Positions 58,024-64,000 of a DNA stretch of 64,000 nucleotides are shown piece by piece. Origin of the DNA: a virus; the IMG/VR virus record IMGVR_UViG_3300025528_000383; one strand, written 5' to 3'. The notes under the pieces are model-generated. The model searched no databases. It was not told where the DNA came from and saw nothing but the letters and a program-made list of their open reading frames with translations. Numbering within the stretch: position 1 is the first letter of the stretch; every line of letters starts with the position of its first letter. The translations under genes and the position numbers were made by a program.

Positions 58024-58053
58024 ATTCTATAATTTCATTTGTTTATAGTCAAT
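58024..58053 (-). promoter_or_regulatory. secA promoter TTGACT-17-TAGAAT; operator copy 58038-58053
   Basis: Read directly. Confidence 0.75.
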
Positions 58054-58124
58054 GGTGTTTAATCAATAAACAAAAGACGACCGGGTACAGAAGTGTACCC
58101 GATCGCTTCACGAACGGAATCGAA

Positions 58125-58652
58125 TCAGGAAGTAAGCCAGGTGGCAAAGTAGTGGACGAGGTCCGGGGCGAAGACGCAACCAACATACACCACAATGGAA
58201 ACGGCCATAACGATCAGGCCTTTCATGACGTGGTGAGAGTGGGTGATGAGCCCGACCAACGTGATAAACAGGCCGAGCATGAAAAAGAGGATGGTGACCT
58301 TGGAGGCGAGCGTGCCACCAAGACCGATCAAGTCTTCCCCTTTCTTGTTCACCCACTTGTTAGCGTCTTGAATGGTAGTGTCCGGAATGTATTTACTCCC
58401 ATCAATGGCCGATACATCCATGCTTCCTGAATATCCCGCATTGTCGTTCGTCCCCTTGCCAGCGGAATCCTTCTCCAGGACTCCGTTGATGGCCTTGTTT
58501 TGCACTTGGTCGAGAGCGGACGGTTTCTCGATCGGTTCAACTTTATTGACATTTACGCTCCCTTCCGCCATGGCAAAAACCGGAAACAGGAGGAGGAGCA
58601 AGAGAATAGAAGCCAGCGTGAAGGGGATTCCCCGCCGGTAAATCCGTTCCAT
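58125..58652 (-). CDS. VirB2/pilin-like membrane protein
   Basis: Signal peptide (VFAMA) plus two C-terminal TMs; follows the VirB1-like gene. Confidence 0.5.
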   Translation of the reverse strand: MERIYRRGIPFTLASILLLLLLFPVFAMAEGSVNVNKVEPIEKPSALDQVQNKAINGVLEKDSAGKGTNDNAGYSGSMDVSAIDGSKYIPDTTIQDANKWVNKKGEDLIGLGGTLASKVTILFFMLGLFITLVGLITHSHHVMKGLIVMAVSIVVYVGCVFAPDLVHYFATWLTS

Positions 58653-58757
58653 GGCGATCAACTCCTTTGCTTTGAGGTCGTCAAACTTCTCTTTATGATA
58701 CTTTCAGGCCCCTCCTCTTATAACCGAGGTTATGGGATCCTTTGATCCCGGTTTGTA

Positions 58758-61700
58758 TCAGCCGGTGATTCGTCCGAACTGCGGATGGTGTTCCCGCCAA
58801 TAGCCATGGGAGATGTCTTGGATGGTTACGCCGTCCCCGGAAGCGTTCCACATCTTTCCTCCGCCGATATAAAGGCCGACGTGGCTAATGTGGTACGGTC
58901 CGCCATAAGTCCCTTGGAAAAAAACCAAGTCACCGGGACGAGCCTGGCTTTCGTCAATCTTCATGACATATTTGTATTGTTCTTCCGCTGTACGTGGGAG
59001 ATTGATGCCCACTTGTTTGAACGCCCATTGGATAAGCCCGGAGCAGTCAAAATATCCTCTCGACGGGTCGTTGGCATCCGATGCCATCTTGTACGGGTAA
59101 CCGGCCACCGATTCGATGGCTTTCAGCACGGCCTCATAGTTGTATGCCTGCGTTCCGTCACCGAGAGCCAACAACATCAGACTCGGATCAAAGGATGATC
59201 CGCTCGGATCGTAGATGGAAAAACCGAGGTTGCCACGGGTTTTGGCGATGGGATCGCCTTTTTTCACCTTGTCCCCCACTTTCACCTTGATTTCCTTCAC
59301 TTGGGTATAACGGGTGACAACCCCGCCGGTATGTTTGATTTCCACCACGCCGTTCATTCGATCGACTTGGATCACTTCTCCGTCCGCCACTGCCTTGACA
59401 ACAGAGTCACTCGGAACGGTTAGCACAATGCCGGTTCCATCAAATGGCTTGGCGACCCGGTCCACCTTATCCACCGGTAAGCAATAGCCGTCTGGGAACA
59501 GGCTGTTGAGTTTTTCAAGGTTTCCCTTTGTGGTTGGGTCAATGTAGTTGGGTGGATTCGGGTTTTCAAAGAGGATCGTGTAATTTTTCTTCCAATCATC
59601 CAGAGTGATGTTCTCTTTGGTCTGGGAGAACGGGATGCGTTGAGCGAAACTCCAATACAACCGCATGAAATCCTTGACTTCATCTTCCGACATGGGGTTC
59701 GTGAACTTGGTAAACTTGTACTTGTCCTTATGCAAGAGGGCATCTGCCGGCGAGTCCTCGAAAAGCTGCGACCATTTGTCCTGAATGGCCTCAATCAAAC
59801 TGCTAAACCAAGTTTGGTTTTGGTCCGTACCGTTCCCCACGATCGCCACACCATAAGTGAGATCGCCGCTCATCGAGTGTTTGTTCCCTTTGTGGTCGAT
59901 GACATACGGAGTTTTTTCGGGGCTGGCGTAATACCGCATGACATGCTCCACGTATTGAGGATCACCATAGGTACTCGATCTCCAGCCACTAATGTACCTT
60001 TGTGGATGATCGTGAACTTCCTTGCGATAAGCCATCCAGCCAGTGTCCTTCGGGTTGGCGATGATCTCATCGATCGACTTTCCGGTGTTTTCGGAATACA
60101 ATTTGAGCACCGCCTGAATGCCGCCTGGCCCGTAGTTATAGGCTTGCAGAGCAAGGGCAATGTTGTACTTATACTGAGCCAACCTGGCGGCAAACAACAT
60201 GGTCCCGGCACGAATGTTGTCCTCTACGTCATCGACGGCCTCGGGTCCGGGAATGAGCATCTTATCCATCTGTCCGGTTTCGAGGTTGAAAGCCTTAGCA
60301 GAAGTGATGGTTCGGCCTGGGTTTTCGATTTGCATGAGCCCGTATCCGCCGTACGATCGTTTATTCTCTTCGTGGCGGCCACCGGATTCTTGAGCAACCA
60401 GGGCGACCAACAAGTACGGGTCCACCCCGTACCGTCTCCCATACTTTTGGAACAGTGGGAGATATTTGACGGCGTTCTGGTAGCTCGCATTGTTTGTGTC
60501 CACCTGTTTGGATGGGTCGAACGTGTCGTTCGCCAAAGCGAGTTCATTGTCATAGTCGCTTTGGGCATTTTCCACCTGGGATTGTTCCTGGAAGACTTCT
60601 TTCAAACCCTTGATGTCCCGCCCGGTGCGTTCTTCAATGTTGAATTTCTCCATCACCACATTCGGAACGTAGGCGGTGTAATTGGTCAGGTAATCGAAGA
60701 AGTAGCGATCCCCAACGATACCGGACGTATCCACATTTCCGGTGTACGCCGGTATTTTTTCCCAGACATAGCCGGTGTAGATCTTTTTCACCGTCTTTTT
60801 GGTCGGTACCCAACGGGTGTCCTTCACACGGGTATACACCGGATACGGGGTTTTATCCGTGGTTTGCTCGTTTTTATCGGCGGGCGTGGTAACCGGATCG
60901 TATTTCCAGTAGAGCTTATCCCCTTTCTCATTTTCCGCTTGGACGTTCTTCCAGTAGGTCTCCTTTTTCTCAGCGTCAATCTGGACTTTTGTTATTTTCG
61001 TCCATTTTTCATCCGTCTTTTCCCATTGGTACTTGATGTCTCGTTTAATCGTACCGACTGGCGTGGTCACCTTCCAGATCATATAGGTGTCTCTCGGATA
61101 ACCCGGCACTTTTTCCGTAATGGTGTCATCGCTTTCCCCGATACCATAGTTCACCGTGACGAGTTTGTGTTTTTCGAAGTCCCATTTGTAGGTTCTCGTC
61201 ACGCTGCCCCGTCTTTCCCGGTCTTCCTTAAATTTCTGATATTGAAGGATGGAACCGAACCCGTAGTCCCAGACACCCTTTACCTTCTTGTCGGTCGCCT
61301 TCTTGTTGACGTATTTGGTGCTTTTGGCGACCAAGTTACCGTCTTTGTCTGTTAACATCTTTAGGTTGAAGTTTTTGTCGTGATAGACAGGTTGGGTAAG
61401 TTGTTCGGGGAAATAGAAGCGGTTGGTGGGACCGGCATTCAGCTCGGTATCCAAGAGGTAGAGGAGATCGCTCGTCATAGTGAAATACTTTTCTCGATGG
61501 TAACGGTCCACAATATGCTGAGCCTGATTGGTGTCTCCTCGCATGAGATCCGTCACGGGTTTTCCATTTTTGTCTACAACGACTTTCCAGTAACCCCGCT
61601 GGGCCATGTAGCCGTAGAACATTTTATACAGTTTGTTGCCGTTGGTGTGCCCGGTCAAAGTGTAATCGCCCGTTTCCGAGTCAAGAACAACAGGGTTGTC

Positions 61701-62054
61701 TTCAGACGCATCTTCCGTTTGATAGTTATCTTGGAGGGCCTTAAATTCATATTCTACGTCGTAAATAAAGGCACATAACAAGAAAACAACGGATAGCACG
61801 GCCACGGCAATCAGAATGTAGGGCAACAACGCTGCGATGACCTTGATAATGGCCTTCCCAATCGCAAGAGCCGCTTTCGCCAAGGCTTTTCCGATGGCTT
61901 TGGCCAATTTTCGAGTCCCCTTCTTAAGACCTCTCCGAACGCCTTGGGTTGCCTTACGAGCGACGTATTCTGATCCCTTTTTCGTCGCCTGGGCGGCCTG
62001 GTCCGCCATCTGATCCGTTATTTCCGTGTTCGTGTCGTATTCGTTTTGGGCCAT
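58758..62054 (-). CDS. VirB1-like conjugative wall hydrolase: SLT, M23-like and NlpC/P60 domains
   Basis: TM; QESGG, GLMQI, AYNYG; AVADGEV...IKH; FDCSGL, HVGLY. Confidence 0.85.
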   Translation of the reverse strand: MAQNEYDTNTEITDQMADQAAQATKKGSEYVARKATQGVRRGLKKGTRKLAKAIGKALAKAALAIGKAIIKVIAALLPYILIAVAVLSVVFLLCAFIYDVEYEFKALQDNYQTEDASEDNPVVLDSETGDYTLTGHTNGNKLYKMFYGYMAQRGYWKVVVDKNGKPVTDLMRGDTNQAQHIVDRYHREKYFTMTSDLLYLLDTELNAGPTNRFYFPEQLTQPVYHDKNFNLKMLTDKDGNLVAKSTKYVNKKATDKKVKGVWDYGFGSILQYQKFKEDRERRGSVTRTYKWDFEKHKLVTVNYGIGESDDTITEKVPGYPRDTYMIWKVTTPVGTIKRDIKYQWEKTDEKWTKITKVQIDAEKKETYWKNVQAENEKGDKLYWKYDPVTTPADKNEQTTDKTPYPVYTRVKDTRWVPTKKTVKKIYTGYVWEKIPAYTGNVDTSGIVGDRYFFDYLTNYTAYVPNVVMEKFNIEERTGRDIKGLKEVFQEQSQVENAQSDYDNELALANDTFDPSKQVDTNNASYQNAVKYLPLFQKYGRRYGVDPYLLVALVAQESGGRHEENKRSYGGYGLMQIENPGRTITSAKAFNLETGQMDKMLIPGPEAVDDVEDNIRAGTMLFAARLAQYKYNIALALQAYNYGPGGIQAVLKLYSENTGKSIDEIIANPKDTGWMAYRKEVHDHPQRYISGWRSSTYGDPQYVEHVMRYYASPEKTPYVIDHKGNKHSMSGDLTYGVAIVGNGTDQNQTWFSSLIEAIQDKWSQLFEDSPADALLHKDKYKFTKFTNPMSEDEVKDFMRLYWSFAQRIPFSQTKENITLDDWKKNYTILFENPNPPNYIDPTTKGNLEKLNSLFPDGYCLPVDKVDRVAKPFDGTGIVLTVPSDSVVKAVADGEVIQVDRMNGVVEIKHTGGVVTRYTQVKEIKVKVGDKVKKGDPIAKTRGNLGFSIYDPSGSSFDPSLMLLALGDGTQAYNYEAVLKAIESVAGYPYKMASDANDPSRGYFDCSGLIQWAFKQVGINLPRTAEEQYKYVMKIDESQARPGDLVFFQGTYGGPYHISHVGLYIGGGKMWNASGDGVTIQDISHGYWREHHPQFGRITG

Positions 62055-62200
62055 GCCGATCCCCCCTTTTTTTCTTTCTGTCAAATGGTCTTTGGTATTC
62101 TATTAACTTGTGAATCTATTTATCGAAAATGACGAGGTGGATATCTGACGAGGGCAAAAAAAGGCCTTTGGCCATTCGACCAAAGGCCTTTGACTCGTGG

Positions 62201-64000
62201 TCAGTTTTTAGAGTTTTCTTGGGGATTGAGGACAACATTGATCGGGTTGGTGTGTTGAGGAACATATTTCCGATCAGGGTGACGACTCGGCACCCGACGC
62301 ATGCCAGCCATATCGTTATAGTTTTGCCGTTGAATGTACAGGTTTTCGCCCGAATGATAGACATTCCCGATACCGGTCCGCTTCTTGTCCATGATCAAAG
62401 AAACCCGGTTGGTGTCTTTGTCGACTTTGATCCCGTTAATGCCACGTTCTTGGTAACGTTGCATGGCTTCGAGATCCTTGTTTTGGAAGGCCTGTACCAT
62501 CTCGTTCATACGAGCTTCATATTCGGTATTGCGGAGATGGCTGAAACTGCCCCCCGAGAACCCTTGTCCGGCGACAAAACCAGTGGAGACTTCCAACTCA
62601 TCCCCAACGTTATCAAGATCTCGGAATCCGGTGATTCCCGTTGCGTTGGAGAATTGGGCTTTGTCATATGTCTCTAGCACCGAATTATCGGCCAAACGAC
62701 GCACATCCTTTGGCATCACGTCCGATCCCAGGAGGGAATGATACTGGTTCGCCTTCAAACGGGCTTTCGACAGCAAACCGGAATTAAGAGTTTGGCCGGC
62801 TTTTTGGCCCATCGATTTGAGCAATGAGGCATCCGCATTGAGGTCATGCCGGGCGTTGTTCAGCGTGGAAAGCCCGTTTCCCATGAGGAAACCACCAGCC
62901 GTGGCAACCCCTTTCATTCCGGTTGCGGAACCGCCCATGGCCAAGCCCGTACCGAGGAGAGTTTGGGCTCCGCCCTTCAAGACGTTTACGCCCGCACTCG
63001 CCAAAGAACCTCCGGCCCGTTTCAATTGGCCGAACTTCGTGTCGAAATCCCTTGACGATTTCATCCGTATATCGTTTCCTTCCGCAGAACCGCTTGTGCC
63101 TCCGCCCTTCACGTCGTCCGCTTTCCCTTTACCTCTGCGAAAACCTATTGAATTCATCAGGAAACCAGTTGTCGCGGCGGTAGCTATCCCACTCAGGGTG
63201 TCAACGGTACTGGTCGAAGCTCCGATGGATTCCTTGAAGAACCGAGTAAGCGGGATGAAGCAAAAGAGTAGAACCATGAGTTCGAATGTCCGCAAATTCC
63301 CGTGGAGGGATATGCTGGTGAAAAAGACGAGGATGACGGCATGGAAGGATTGCACGAAAATGTTTCCAATGAGTTCCCGGCAATAGTTTCCAAAAATTTG
63401 ACGGTACTTCTCTCCGAAGGCGATGGACGCCACGTACAACGGTCCGACCGCATACAAGATCGCCACCGTCAAAGCTCGGGAGATATAGAAGAAGTTGAAG
63501 TACACGTCGAAGCAGAAGAAGACGATGGTGACGATGACCCCCGCCAGCATTCCCATTCCAATCGGTGCGTTGCCAAAAAAGCTCAAATCTTGGGATGCGT
63601 TGGACAACGTCTTGACCAGCAAGAAGTTGAACTCGGTGAGCCCGGCAAAGATGAGGTCATACACAGAGAGGGCAAATCCAACAATCATGAGGTTTTTTAT
63701 CCCGTTGATCATGTCCACCCGCTCGCTCGGATTGATCGCGGCGACGTTCCGTTGCACAAGGAGCTTGACAATCGCTCCAATGATCAGCATCCAGGCGAGG
63801 GCGAAACTGATCCAATGCAGGACAGAAGCGGCATCCATCCAGATCCTCGGCATAATGCCGTTGTAATAGTCGGAGGTGCCACGGGTTCCCCCATTGGTGA
63901 TGAGGTCGGTCGTGCTGTACAACCCAAGGAGTTGCCGGAGTCCCGTCACGACATTGGAGAACATGTCGGTAATGTATTGCTCGAATTTACCCGGTTTATC
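62201..64000 (-). CDS. VirB6/TrbL-like polytopic T4SS membrane protein (5' end outside the window)
   Basis: Multiple TMs then a Gly/Ala-rich tail; frame stays open to position 64000. Confidence 0.6.
   Translation of the reverse strand, partial: DKPGKFEQYITDMFSNVVTGLRQLLGLYSTTDLITNGGTRGTSDYYNGIMPRIWMDAASVLHWISFALAWMLIIGAIVKLLVQRNVAAINPSERVDMINGIKNLMIVGFALSVYDLIFAGLTEFNFLLVKTLSNASQDLSFFGNAPIGMGMLAGVIVTIVFFCFDVYFNFFYISRALTVAILYAVGPLYVASIAFGEKYRQIFGNYCRELIGNIFVQSFHAVILVFFTSISLHGNLRTFELMVLLFCFIPLTRFFKESIGASTSTVDTLSGIATAATTGFLMNSIGFRRGKGKADDVKGGGTSGSAEGNDIRMKSSRDFDTKFGQLKRAGGSLASAGVNVLKGGAQTLLGTGLAMGGSATGMKGVATAGGFLMGNGLSTLNNARHDLNADASLLKSMGQKAGQTLNSGLLSKARLKANQYHSLLGSDVMPKDVRRLADNSVLETYDKAQFSNATGITGFRDLDNVGDELEVSTGFVAGQGFSGGSFSHLRNTEYEARMNEMVQAFQNKDLEAMQRYQERGINGIKVDKDTNRVSLIMDKKRTGIGNVYHSGENLYIQRQNYNDMAGMRRVPSRHPDRKYVPQHTNPINVVLNPQENSKN

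Noticed and set aside
1-64000. CRISPR array, tRNA/rRNA, iterons, phage capsid or tail genes
   Set aside because: None seen. The dispersed 16-bp repeats are irregularly spaced at promoters, not an array.

Overview
This window is part of a large, probably conjugative plasmid (or ICE-like/plasmid-prophage element) from a Bacillota host, judging by sigmaA promoters, GGAGG ribosome-binding sites and Bacillus-type LexA boxes. No rRNA, tRNA, CRISPR array or phage structural genes were seen. Most genes are on the minus strand. They include a private replisome (DnaE, DnaQ-type exonuclease, divergent beta-clamp, RNase H) and DNA repair genes (HerA, the C-terminal half of a Rad50/SbcC, HIRAN domains). 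Nucleotide and RNA enzymes include DHH, HD-GYP, a RelA-type HD hydrolase, Gmk, RtcB, PIN-PhoH, an orphan MazF and two nucleotidyltransferases. Envelope and transfer genes include a class A PBP, NlpC/P60, SecA, and VirB1-, VirB2- and VirB6-like proteins. One IS200/IS605-family tnpB element has resolvable ends. Top signals: (1) 20 intergenic copies of a 16-bp pseudo-palindrome (ideal ATTGACTATAGTCAAT) overlapping promoters across the window, with a tandem pair on the promoter of an XRE repressor that lies back-to-back with a LexA-boxed promoter driving an apparently non-coding ~155-nt transcript; (2) a LysM domain inserted in the PHP domain of DnaE; (3) a HIRAN-AAA+ ATPase paired with an HExxH-VWA protein directly upstream of dnaE; (4) a tyrosine-recombinase-fold protein lacking its catalytic tyrosine, behind an SOS-boxed yolD. 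All domain calls are from motif reading by eye; no database searches were run.
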